A DNA stretch of 37,123 bases. Origin: Terriglobales bacterium (GTDB lineage Bacteria; Acidobacteriota; Terriglobia; Terriglobales; Acidobacteriaceae). Below are positions 8,593 to 16,111 of the stretch, in pieces (the first letter of the stretch is position 1; every line of letters starts with the position of its first letter). The stretch covers positions 1 to 37,123 of the forward strand of contig JASHXK010000044.1 in NCBI GenBank assembly GCA_030043575.1, in the 5' to 3' direction. The position numbers and the translations under genes were made by a program. The notes under the pieces are model-generated. The model worked only from the letters and a program-made list of their open reading frames with translations. It made no database searches and was not told where the DNA came from.

Positions 8593-10030
8593 AGCAACCT
8601 TCATTCGAGATACCACCGGACACGATGAATTTGCCTCGGCCGGATCGGTGTTGATCATCGACGACGAAGCCGCGATTCGCGAGTCGCTGCAAACCTTGCT
8701 CGAGTTCGAAGGCTATTCCGTGGAAGCGGCCAATGACGGCGAGGAAGGCCTCGCGCGCATCGCCGAGCGGCCCTTCGACCTGGTACTGCTGGACTTCGCC
8801 TTACCCGAGCGCAACGGCGTCGAGATTTTGCGCGAGATTCGCGAGCGCGACTCCGAGCTGCCGGTCATCATGATCACCGCGTACGGCACGGTAGAGAACG
8901 CGGTCAACGCCATGCAGGCGGGCGCGACCAACTTCATCCAGAAGCCCTGGGACAACGAGAAGCTGCTGGCCGACGTGCGCACCGCCGTGGGCCGGCGCCG
9001 CGCGGAAGAAGAAGTTGTCCAGCTGAAGCGCGCGTTAAAGCAGCGTTACAACTTCGAGCAAATCATCGGCAAGAGCGAGTCCATGCTGCGCATCTTCGAC
9101 CTGGTGGCGCAGGTCGCTCCCAGCCGATCGACGGTGCTCTTGCAAGGCGAAAGTGGGACCGGCAAGGAACTGATCGCCAAAGCTATCCACATGAACTCGC
9201 CCCGCAAGGATCGCGCGTTCGTGCCGGTCAATACGGGGTCGGTACCAGCGGACTTGCTGGAATCGACGCTCTTCGGCCACGTCAAGGGCGCGTTCACCAG
9301 CGCGGTTCTCAGCAAGAAAGGGCTGTTTGAAGTTGCCGATCGCGGCACCATCTTCCTGGATGAAATCGGCACCATGAGCCTGGAGACGCAGGCCAAGATT
9401 CTGCGCGTGCTGCAGGACAAGAAGTTCATGCACCTGGGCGGGGTCAACGAGATTCAAGTGGATGTCCGCATCATCGCCGCGACCAATGTTGACCTGAAGC
9501 AGCAGGTCAAAGAAGGCAAGTTCCGCGAGGACCTCTTCTACCGCCTGAACGTCATCATCATCGATCTGCCACCGCTACGCCAGCGCAAGAACGACATACC
9601 GCTGCTGGCAGAACACTTCATCTCGAAGTTTGCGCGCGAGAACGATAAACCGGCGCTGCACGTCACGCCGGAAGCTCTGCGTCCGCTGATGGATTACGAC
9701 TGGCCAGGCAATGTTCGCGAACTGGAAAATGTGATGGAGCGCGCGGTAGTGCTGGCGACCGGCACAAGCTTGACACCTGATCTCCTTCCGGAGAATCTTA
9801 CTGGCCACGGCAGCCGATTCGCGCTGATGGAACATCGCCCCGACGCGTCTCTCTTCGAGATCATCGAAGAGCTGGAGCGACGCGTCATCAGCGACATGCT
9901 AGAGAAGTGTTCCTGGAACCAGACCGAGGCTGCCGACCGCTTCCGCATTCCTCTTTCCACTCTGAATCAGAAGATCAAGCGGCTGAACATCGAGATCAAG
10001 AAGCGCGGCAAGGAGAACGGGAGTAATTAG
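8585..10030 (+). CDS. Sigma-54-dependent response regulator (NtrC family: REC, AAA+ sigma-54 interaction domain, Fis-type HTH)
   Basis: REC domain VLIIDDEAAIRESL...FDLVLLDFALP. Walker A GESGTGKE. GAFTGA-loop variant KGAFTSA. Also REDLFYRLNV and NVRELENVMERAV. C-terminal HTH WNQTEAADRFRIPLSTLNQKIKRL. The GTG start overlaps the kinase stop by 8 nt, indicating an operon. Confidence 0.92.
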   Translation: MPEATFIRDTTGHDEFASAGSVLIIDDEAAIRESLQTLLEFEGYSVEAANDGEEGLARIAERPFDLVLLDFALPERNGVEILREIRERDSELPVIMITAYGTVENAVNAMQAGATNFIQKPWDNEKLLADVRTAVGRRRAEEEVVQLKRALKQRYNFEQIIGKSESMLRIFDLVAQVAPSRSTVLLQGESGTGKELIAKAIHMNSPRKDRAFVPVNTGSVPADLLESTLFGHVKGAFTSAVLSKKGLFEVADRGTIFLDEIGTMSLETQAKILRVLQDKKFMHLGGVNEIQVDVRIIAATNVDLKQQVKEGKFREDLFYRLNVIIIDLPPLRQRKNDIPLLAEHFISKFARENDKPALHVTPEALRPLMDYDWPGNVRELENVMERAVVLATGTSLTPDLLPENLTGHGSRFALMEHRPDASLFEIIEELERRVISDMLEKCSWNQTEAADRFRIPLSTLNQKIKRLNIEIKKRGKENGSN

Positions 10031-10096
10031 CTGCTCTAGCACAGCGCCAAATCGCATTTTCATTTAGTCTGAAATGTGGCGAGCGCTTAAGCCAAA

Positions 10097-10152
10097 GCTG
10101 ATTGCTGATTGCTGATTGCTGATTGCTGATCGCTGGTTGCTAATTGCTTCCT
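10097..10152. repeat. Period-7 tandem repeat: (GCTGATT)x4 followed by the degenerate units GCTGATC, GCTGGTT, GCTAATT, GCTTCCT
   Basis: Read directly from the sequence. Five TGA triplets spaced 7 nt apart fall in all three plus-strand frames. The repeat abuts the ychF ATG (10154), and no Shine-Dalgarno sequence is visible. Confidence 0.8.
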
Positions 10153-10153
10153 T

Positions 10154-11236
10154 ATGAAAACCGGCATCGTAGGCCTGCCCCAGGTAGGCAAAACTTCCCT
10201 CTTCGTCATGTTGACCAAGCAGGCGGTCGCGCAGCACGCGCATAATCCGCGTGAGGCGCATCTCGGCGTCGCCAGAGTTCCCGACGACCGGCTGGATCGC
10301 CTGGCCGCGCTCTACAACCCGCGCAAGCTGATTCATGCCAGCGTCGAGTATGCCGACGTCGCCGCGCTCTCGAAGGAAGCGCTCAACGAGACAGCATTCG
10401 CCGCCAACCTTCGCAACGTCGACGCGTTGGCGCACGTCGTCCGCGCCTTCGAAGACGACTCTATCCCGCACGTGGGCGCCATCGATCCGCTACGCGACAT
10501 CAAGAGCATCGACTTTGATCTCATCGTCAACGATCTTGGCCAGGTCGAGAAGCGGCTGGAGCGCGTTCAAAAAGATCTGAAGAAGATGAAGTCGCCGGAG
10601 ATCGAGCGCGAGCACGAGTTGCTGGTCCGCGCCAAAGCGCATCTCGAAACCGAACGCCCGCTGCGCGAAATGGAGATGACCCCCGAGGACAAGAAGCGCG
10701 TTCGCGGCTTCATGTTCCTCAGCGAGAAACCGATCCTCTACGTCCTCAACATCAGCGAGAGCTCGACGCTGGGCAAAGACCTGGAAGAAGCTGTGGCGAA
10801 ATACGGCGTCACAGAAGCCGCCTCGCAACCCAACACCGGCGCGCTTGCCGTGTGCGCAAAGGTCGAAGCCGAGCTCGCCGAGATGAGCGACGAGGATGTT
10901 GCCGAATTTCTCTCCAGCTACGGTCTAACCGAGAGCGGTCTCGTGCGTCTCATCCGCAAGACCTACGAGCTGCTTGGCCTGATCTCTTTCTTCACCGTCG
11001 GCGAAGACGAGTGCCGCGCCTGGACCATCGAACGCGGCTGGAAGGCCGTCAACGCCGCCGGTGCCATTCACACCGATCTGGAGCATCACTTCATCCGCGC
11101 TGAGACCATCCATTGGGACCAACTGCTCGACGCCGGCTCCGAAGCCGAAGCCCGCGCCCGCGGCACCTTGCGTCTTGAGGGCAAGGACTACATCGTGAAA
11201 GACGGCGACGTGCTGCACATCCGGCATAGCGGGTAG
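10154..11236 (+). CDS. ychF: Ribosome-binding ATPase YchF (Obg-like ATPase)
   Basis: G1 motif MKTGIVGLPQVGKTSLF. Central coiled-coil insert. C-terminal FFTVGEDECRAWTIERGWKAVNAAGAIHTDLEHHFIRAE...LEGKDYIVKDGDVLHIRH, typical of the YchF C-terminal TGS-like domain. Confidence 0.9.
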   Translation: MKTGIVGLPQVGKTSLFVMLTKQAVAQHAHNPREAHLGVARVPDDRLDRLAALYNPRKLIHASVEYADVAALSKEALNETAFAANLRNVDALAHVVRAFEDDSIPHVGAIDPLRDIKSIDFDLIVNDLGQVEKRLERVQKDLKKMKSPEIEREHELLVRAKAHLETERPLREMEMTPEDKKRVRGFMFLSEKPILYVLNISESSTLGKDLEEAVAKYGVTEAASQPNTGALAVCAKVEAELAEMSDEDVAEFLSSYGLTESGLVRLIRKTYELLGLISFFTVGEDECRAWTIERGWKAVNAAGAIHTDLEHHFIRAETIHWDQLLDAGSEAEARARGTLRLEGKDYIVKDGDVLHIRHSG

Positions 11237-11239
11237 CCG

Positions 11240-11269
11240 TTAGCTGACTCATGGCTATGAGTCAACTAA
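11240..11269. promoter_or_regulatory. 13-nt-arm inverted repeat (TTAGCTGACTCAT ggct ATGAGTCAACTAA); candidate VapB operator and/or ychF terminator hairpin
   Basis: Read directly from the sequence. The arms match 12 of 13 with a 4-nt spacer. The repeat lies 4 nt after the ychF stop and 10 nt before the vapB start. A third half-site-like ACTCAT follows at 11270-11275. Confidence 0.45.
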
Positions 11270-11278
11270 ACTCATCAT

Positions 11279-11536
11279 GTGGCTAAACGACTGCAAGTAA
11301 TCCTTCAAGATGCGGAGTACCGGGAAATTCAGCGGGTAGCGCGTTCTCGACACATGTCCCTGGCGGAGTGGGTTCGGCAAGCGCTTGACGGCGCGCGGCG
11401 GGAAGAGCCTGGTAGCAACATGAGCCAGAAACTCGAGGCCGTTCGACTGGCGGCTCAGCATGAATATCCCACCGGGGACATTGACCAGATGCTTGCAGAA
11501 ATTGAATCAGGCTACTCCAAGGTCAAACGCCAGTGA
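11279..11536 (+). CDS. vapB: Ribbon-helix-helix antitoxin (VapB/CopG-like)
   Basis: An 85-aa protein with N-terminal [34 protein letters not shown] (RHH pattern). It overlaps the downstream PIN gene by 4 nt. Confidence 0.7.
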   Translation: MAKRLQVILQDAEYREIQRVARSRHMSLAEWVRQALDGARREEPGSNMSQKLEAVRLAAQHEYPTGDIDQMLAEIESGYSKVKRQ

Positions 11537-11928
11537 TCCTGGTTGACTCCAACGTCCCGATGTATCTTGTCGGAGCGTCTCACCCTCACAAGCTGGATGC
11601 CCAGCGTCTGATCGAAAGGCTTATACGAGCCCGTCAGCGTCTCGTAACGGATGCCGAGGTCTTGCATGAAATCTTGCATCGATATGTTTCCATAGATCGC
11701 CGTGATGCGATCCAGCCCGCCTTCGACGCACTGCTTGCGGTCGTCGATGAGGTTCTCCCCATCGATCAAGCGGCCGCCGAGCGCGCTAAGGAGATCGTTT
11801 TGCAGTATCGACAGCTGTCAGCTCGTGATGCGGTGCATGTCGCTATTGCCGAGCAGTATGGCATTACGGAGATCCTCAGCTTCGATGCAGGCTTCGATTC
11901 CATGTCCGGCATCCATCGCCTGTCGTGA
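11533..11928 (+). CDS. vapC: PIN-domain ribonuclease toxin (VapC)
   Basis: [12 protein letters not shown] (N-terminal acidic residue), [38 protein letters not shown]. This is the classic four-acidic-residue PIN layout, 131 aa. Confidence 0.8.
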   Translation: MILVDSNVPMYLVGASHPHKLDAQRLIERLIRARQRLVTDAEVLHEILHRYVSIDRRDAIQPAFDALLAVVDEVLPIDQAAAERAKEIVLQYRQLSARDAVHVAIAEQYGITEILSFDAGFDSMSGIHRLS

Positions 11929-11972
11929 ATCTCGCTTTGGTCTAGCGCCACGCCCAAAACCTGCGTTCCTTC

Positions 11973-12932
11973 TCACGGAATGATGACGAACCTTCCTCCG
12001 CGCTGCTCGCGCTTCCATGCCGCTTCAATGTCACTCAGAGGCACACGCTCCGTCTCAATCTTCAACTCTCCACTTGCCGCATGCGTCATCACCTTCTGCA
12101 TCGCGTCCAAAAGCATCTCGCGCGGCGGCATCCCAGCCGTCCCCATAATCGTTACCCGAGTGCTGCGTAACACCGCAGCGGAAAGCGCGACGGTCGGTGC
12201 AGCACCCTCGCCGGCCTGGACGTAACGAGTTTCCGATTCAATCGCGGCAAACTCCTTGCGTGTTATAGCTGCGAAGAATGCCTCTGCCGGCTTGCCCCAG
12301 ACATAATCGATCACGACCTGAAAACCTGACGCGCCGGCCTCGCGGGCGAAGGCTTCACTTAGCTGGTCCGCCGGAACATCCAGTTGAATCACGGCATCGG
12401 CGCCAAGCTCGTGCAATCTACCCAATATTTCCGGATTACGTCCAGCGGCCACAACGCGACCCGCACCCAGCAGCTTGGCAATCCTAATCGCGAGTTGTCC
12501 AGTCACCCCGGTCGCGCCAAGAATAAGGACGTTGTCGCCCGCAGCCAGCTTAGCTCGGCTGGCTAGTGTGAGCCACGCAGAAACGCCCGGATTCATGATC
12601 GCAGCCGCGGTCTCATCGCTCAGGTTTTCCGGAAGCGGAAACGTAAACGCCTTGCGCGCGACTGCGCGCTCAGCCATCGCTCCATACGGCGGACGCGGGC
12701 CGCCGAAGTAGATCCTCTGGCCATCATCCAGATGTCCCACTCCATCGATGCCACAAATACGCGGCAATGACTGCGAGCTGGCATAGTGCGTGCCGCTAGC
12801 AAGTTGCTTGTCAACGGGCTTCAGCGCTGCGGCGTGAACCTGCACGACAACCTCGCCACCGCCGGCAACCGGCTCCGGGAACTCCTCGCAACGTGGTGGC
12901 TGACCCAGGGTGTGCAAAACAGCTGCTTTCAT
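11973..12932 (-). CDS. NAD(P)H:quinone oxidoreductase / zinc-type alcohol dehydrogenase superfamily (MDR)
   Basis: MKAAVLHTLGQPP...EFPEPVAGGGEVVVQVHAAALKPVD; nucleotide-binding VLILGATGVTGQLAIRIAKLLGAGRVVA. Confidence 0.8.
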   Translation of the reverse strand: MKAAVLHTLGQPPRCEEFPEPVAGGGEVVVQVHAAALKPVDKQLASGTHYASSQSLPRICGIDGVGHLDDGQRIYFGGPRPPYGAMAERAVARKAFTFPLPENLSDETAAAIMNPGVSAWLTLASRAKLAAGDNVLILGATGVTGQLAIRIAKLLGAGRVVAAGRNPEILGRLHELGADAVIQLDVPADQLSEAFAREAGASGFQVVIDYVWGKPAEAFFAAITRKEFAAIESETRYVQAGEGAAPTVALSAAVLRSTRVTIMGTAGMPPREMLLDAMQKVMTHAASGELKIETERVPLSDIEAAWKREQRGGRFVIIP

Positions 12933-12998
12933 CGTGCCTCACTCTTGATTCTTGAACGCTAATTCTACAGTCGCCGTCACACCGGCGGGTGCGCTCGA

Positions 12999-13030
12999 CC
13001 TGAAACTCGAAACCTGAAACTCGAAACTGC
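12999..13030. repeat. Period-7/14 tandem repeat (CCTGAAA CTCGAAA)x2 followed by CTGC
   Basis: Read directly from the sequence. It lies in the divergent spacer between the oxidoreductase and the ZIP transporter, 17 nt before the ZIP ATG. Confidence 0.7.
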
Positions 13031-13046
13031 TATTCTGCCCTTTGCG

Positions 13047-13778
13047 ATGAATCCCATCCTACTCAGCATCCTGCTTGGCCTAACCGCGGCGGCCGCCAAT
13101 GTCTTCGGCGGCGCTGTGATTGTGCAGAAGCACTGGGAGCGCAACTATCTTCGCTATTTCGTCGCGCTGGGCGCTGGATTCATGCTCGCTACCGCGCTCG
13201 TCGAGATGGTCCCGGAAAGCCTGCGGTTGGCGGGACGCACTGGTGCTCTGCTGGTCTTAACCGGCTACCTGGTCGTCCACTTCTTCGAGCACACCATCAC
13301 CCCGCACTTCCACTACGGCGAAGAGACGCACTCGGACGAATACCTCCATTCCCATCGCCGCGTTTCAATCTTGTTCGGACTGATGATTCACACCTTCTTC
13401 GACGGCATCGCCATCACCGCCGGCTTTCTGGTGTCGCCCTGGCTCGGCTGGATCATTTTTCTCGCCATCTTCCTGCACAAAATTCCTGAAGGATTCACCG
13501 TGACGTCAGTGATGTTGGCCAGCGGCTTGAGCAAGGGCCGCTCGTGGTTCGCCTCGGTTCTACTGGGTGCGGCCACGCTCGCCGGCGTGCTGACCATGGC
13601 GATCGGCCGGCACTCCGTCAGCTTCGGATTGCCGGTCGCTGCCGGCGTGACCATCTATGTCGCCGCGTCCGACCTCATCCCCGAGGTCAACCGCGAGCCC
13701 GGCGTGAAGATGGCGCTGGTGGTATTCATCGGCGTAGCGGCTATGTTCGCGCTCGATCGATTGGTGCACATGCGCTAG
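13047..13778 (+). CDS. ZIP-family divalent metal transporter (ZupT-like)
   Basis: His-rich loop HFFEHTITPHFHYGEETHSDEYLHSH. Conserved helices MIHTFFDGIAI and FLHKIPEGFTV. Confidence 0.85.
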   Translation: MNPILLSILLGLTAAAANVFGGAVIVQKHWERNYLRYFVALGAGFMLATALVEMVPESLRLAGRTGALLVLTGYLVVHFFEHTITPHFHYGEETHSDEYLHSHRRVSILFGLMIHTFFDGIAITAGFLVSPWLGWIIFLAIFLHKIPEGFTVTSVMLASGLSKGRSWFASVLLGAATLAGVLTMAIGRHSVSFGLPVAAGVTIYVAASDLIPEVNREPGVKMALVVFIGVAAMFALDRLVHMR

Positions 13779-13851
13779 CGTAGAACAGTCCGCCGATCGC
13801 TTGCCCTGCCAACGGGCTGGTGCACGGTGGGCAGCGGAGGCGCGCAAGGTC

Positions 13852-13896
13852 TGGTAGGCCCGGCTGGGATCGAACCAGCAACCCTCAGCTTAGAAG
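13852..13896. repeat. Distal att site: 45-bp duplicate of the 3' part of tRNA-Arg(TCT)
   Basis: TGGTAGGCCCGGCTGGGATCGAACCAGCAACCCTCAGCTTAGAAG is identical at 22193-22237. Identity stops exactly in the anticodon loop (ACGG here versus GCTG in the tRNA gene). Confidence 0.9.
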
Positions 13897-14014
13897 ACGG
13901 ATAAAAGCCGTTTCTGCTGATTACTGCGAATCGTCTCTCGGCGTCGAGAATCAGCGTTCTATGCGGGTTTCAGCGCGTTCGTGAGTGCTGCTGGTTTCTC
14001 CCATTTTGTGTCGA

Positions 14015-14039
14015 GGGTCCCCGGTATTTTCCCCGGTAT
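14015..14039. repeat. 25-bp repeat GGGTCCCCGGTATTTTCCCCGGTAT (two CCCCGGTAT words); candidate integrase arm-type site, left copy
   Basis: An identical 25-mer occurs at 22123-22147. The left copy lies about 118 nt inside the left att repeat. Confidence 0.5.
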
Positions 14040-14130
14040 GGCTTTCCTCCGTCTCCGTGCTGCGCTGCGGCTTTCCATGTGCGTTTGAGGAAAGGCCCGC
14101 CCCTTTGATTGGGGACCCCTATCATGTGCG

Positions 14131-14655
14131 GTGAAGCCCCCGCCTTCCCACTGCGGCTACACCGTTGCCTGTGCACAAGCGCCCGGATACTGCGTGCAGG
14201 GGCAAGGAACAGCGCTGTCAAAGACAGAACTTCTAACCGCCTACCAGCTCCTGGATGACCTTAGGGCGGCGGGAATCAAGCAGTTAAGCAGTACTATCAA
14301 AGACAATGAAAGGGTGGTGTGTGATACGCAGAAAGATGCCACCATCAGGGCTGCGGGCGATATCATTGTCAAAGAGAGCAACGAGTACAACGCGCTGGTC
14401 ACCCGCTACAATGCACTGGTTGATGAATATAAGGGACTGCTCTCGGACTACAGGTCATATGCCACAGATGAAGTGAACGCATGGACAAGGATGGCTGGTC
14501 TTGTCAATCTCACCAGCTCCTACAATTGGAGTCCGCCCAGCCCCCCGCAAGTGATCTACACGGCACCGACCCCGACTCAGATTCGCTGCACCACGCAGAA
14601 CATGCCGCCAGCAGTTCCCGGCCTGTCCTCTTGGTCGTACATGACTTGCTATTGA
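14131..14655 (+). CDS. Hypothetical protein (island cargo)
   Basis: Track ORF of 174 aa with a GTG start; the start is uncertain because there is no in-frame ATG until late. The helical central part has the repeated motif YNALVTRYNALVDEYKGLL, and the tail is Pro/Thr-rich. No family recognised. Confidence 0.4.
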   Translation: MKPPPSHCGYTVACAQAPGYCVQGQGTALSKTELLTAYQLLDDLRAAGIKQLSSTIKDNERVVCDTQKDATIRAAGDIIVKESNEYNALVTRYNALVDEYKGLLSDYRSYATDEVNAWTRMAGLVNLTSSYNWSPPSPPQVIYTAPTPTQIRCTTQNMPPAVPGLSSWSYMTCY

Positions 14656-14744
14656 CCGGAGCCAGGAATGCTTACTGCTCCGGCTGAGGTGTAGAGTTGG
14701 AGCCGTTTTTGCGACCTCGACCACATCCGTGGGAGGGAGGCTGT

Positions 14745-15143
14745 ATGAGGAATCTTTGCGTGGTATTTCTGCTTTGCGTGGCAGCATGGGGGCAGAGCAC
14801 ACAGAACCGCGTGATCCATGTCTGGCTCGACACAGACGTATGGACACAAGGAAATCTGCTTACGCAGCTAAACAATGCGGGCAAGTCCAAACACTTTCAA
14901 TTCGTCGCGGCGGCTCCCGGCGAGACCTACGACTACAAAATTCATTATGAGCAGTCCGCAAACAGCCTTCCGCTGTCAACAGGCGGCAGTCTTCCGACCC
15001 ATGTCGGCCTAGTCGTTGTGACGGATACTGCCGAGCAGGAGATGGTCCGCTTTAATGTTGCCGACCGCCTCACGGAAAAACACCTATCCAACGCCGCGGC
15101 AAAGGAAATCGTCAAGCGTCTTGCTGTAGTTCTGGGAAAGTAG
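14745..15143 (+). CDS. Small secreted hypothetical protein (island cargo)
   Basis: ATG 14745 is preceded by GGGAGGGAGG. The N-terminus MRNLCVVFLLCVAAWGQS looks like a signal peptide. 132 aa, no family recognised. Confidence 0.55.
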   Translation: MRNLCVVFLLCVAAWGQSTQNRVIHVWLDTDVWTQGNLLTQLNNAGKSKHFQFVAAAPGETYDYKIHYEQSANSLPLSTGGSLPTHVGLVVVTDTAEQEMVRFNVADRLTEKHLSNAAAKEIVKRLAVVLGK

Positions 15144-15466
15144 TTTGGCACCCGCCTCTTGGCTGCAAGGCATTGTCTCGTGTACGAACATTGCTCATAC
15201 GGGCAGGTGAGGGGTAAAGGGGACTGCCGCCCCCTGCTGTCCAAATTTTGAGTCGCCGATTAGGTGCAGATTCAACGGAAACAGGGACTTGTAAAAAAGG
15301 CAACGGCCCCGATGCCAGCCGCGCGGCCACAAAATCGCAGGCGAATCCACGGAAGTTCGCCCCGCCGTGCCAGATCAGTACCGGAATTCTGTAGCGGGAC
15401 ATACTGCATAGCCTCTCAGTTTATGCGCAAAACCGCTACGCCGAGCTACTTGACACCCGTGCTACC

Positions 15467-15883
15467 GTGTCAGTAGCTATGCCGTTTCGCCCAGGCCAAA
15501 ACTGGAAGCGGACGGAGGGATACATCCTCGCTGATGGCAGGGACGCGACCGACCCCAACGGGCCGATTGCAGTCCTGGCGCGTAGCCCAACGGCCGATGA
15601 GGTGACGGTAAACCGTGCTGCGCTTTGGATGCGCCGCGAGCAAGGTGGTAGGATTCGCTTCCGATTCGCGCCCGAGGTTTCTGTAAGGATTAAGGGGCAA
15701 TGGAGTTATCGGAGACTACAGGGCGTGTGCTCGACTATCTATGTGCCCGATGTGCGGCCGACGGAGCTGATAGTCGAGGCGGTGCGCAAACTGAATCCTG
15801 TCACTGGACGGAAAGTACATCACAGACGCGCCAACAGCGTCAGAGCAACAACCGTCAGCCTTAATTACGACGCCTCCCGCTAA
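15467..15883 (+). CDS. Hypothetical protein (island cargo)
   Basis: Track ORF of 138 aa (GTG 15467; in-frame ATG at 15479). Basic, with no signal peptide and no family recognised. Confidence 0.4.
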   Translation: MSVAMPFRPGQNWKRTEGYILADGRDATDPNGPIAVLARSPTADEVTVNRAALWMRREQGGRIRFRFAPEVSVRIKGQWSYRRLQGVCSTIYVPDVRPTELIVEAVRKLNPVTGRKVHHRRANSVRATTVSLNYDASR

Positions 15884-16111
15884 AGCGCTGTGAACACTGA
15901 GCTGCTGCCTTTTTGAAGCGCGGAGAAAACCTGCACTCGATTCAGTGGTTTGATGGGAAGGCCGCCCGCTCATTCTGGCCTGCCTTTGTTGCTCTGCCGG
16001 GAGTTTGGTGCGGTAGCATGATACGGCTTTTGGGGTCCACGAATGGAGATTTCGGTTCACGACAGCGCCGGACCGGTAGTTAACTCCGAGCCGCTGCGGA
16101 GGAGGGGCAGG

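Noticed and set aside
10097-10152. The tandem heptamer array, considered as a CRISPR array or a coding repeat. The minus-strand track ORF 10064-10471 reads through it as AISNQQSAISNQ.
   Set aside because: The units are 7 nt with no spacers, so this is not CRISPR. The minus-strand ORF is antisense to ychF for most of its length and is a shadow ORF.
13970-14221. An 83-aa minus-strand ORF just inside the left end of the island.
   Set aside because: It is Arg/Gly/Pro-rich with no Shine-Dalgarno sequence. It spans the candidate arm-site repeat and overlaps the start of the plus-strand cargo ORF. It is more likely non-coding attP-arm DNA.
14631-14651. TTGGTCGTACATGACTTGCTA at the end of the first cargo ORF resembles TTGGTCATATATGACATGCTA at 28850-28870 (18 of 21). 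In translation both read WSYMTCY.
   Set aside because: A match of 18 out of 21 lies within what an all-against-all comparison of a 37 kb window yields by chance. The two sites are in unrelated contexts: one is a plus-strand C-terminus and the other is antisense to a gene start.
15146-15163. TGGCACCCGCCTCTTGGC in the island, considered as a second sigma-54 promoter.
   Set aside because: The -12 element is out of register (TCTT where TTGC is required, with the nearest TTGG 2 nt too far), so it does not fit GG-N10-GC spacing. The metK-antisense site TGGCATGTAGTTCGCA (about 27516) was rejected because it lies inside a CDS with nothing downstream to transcribe.
15112-15402. A minus-strand 96-aa ORF beginning MSRYRIPVLIWHGGANFRGFACDFVAARLASG. 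It resembles the HGG oxyanion-hole region of alpha/beta-hydrolase esterases and might be a pseudogene relic in the island.
   Set aside because: Only about 30 residues look protein-like and the rest is low-quality sequence. A single short motif cannot be distinguished from chance without a database search. A tblastn or HMM search with esterase profiles would settle it.
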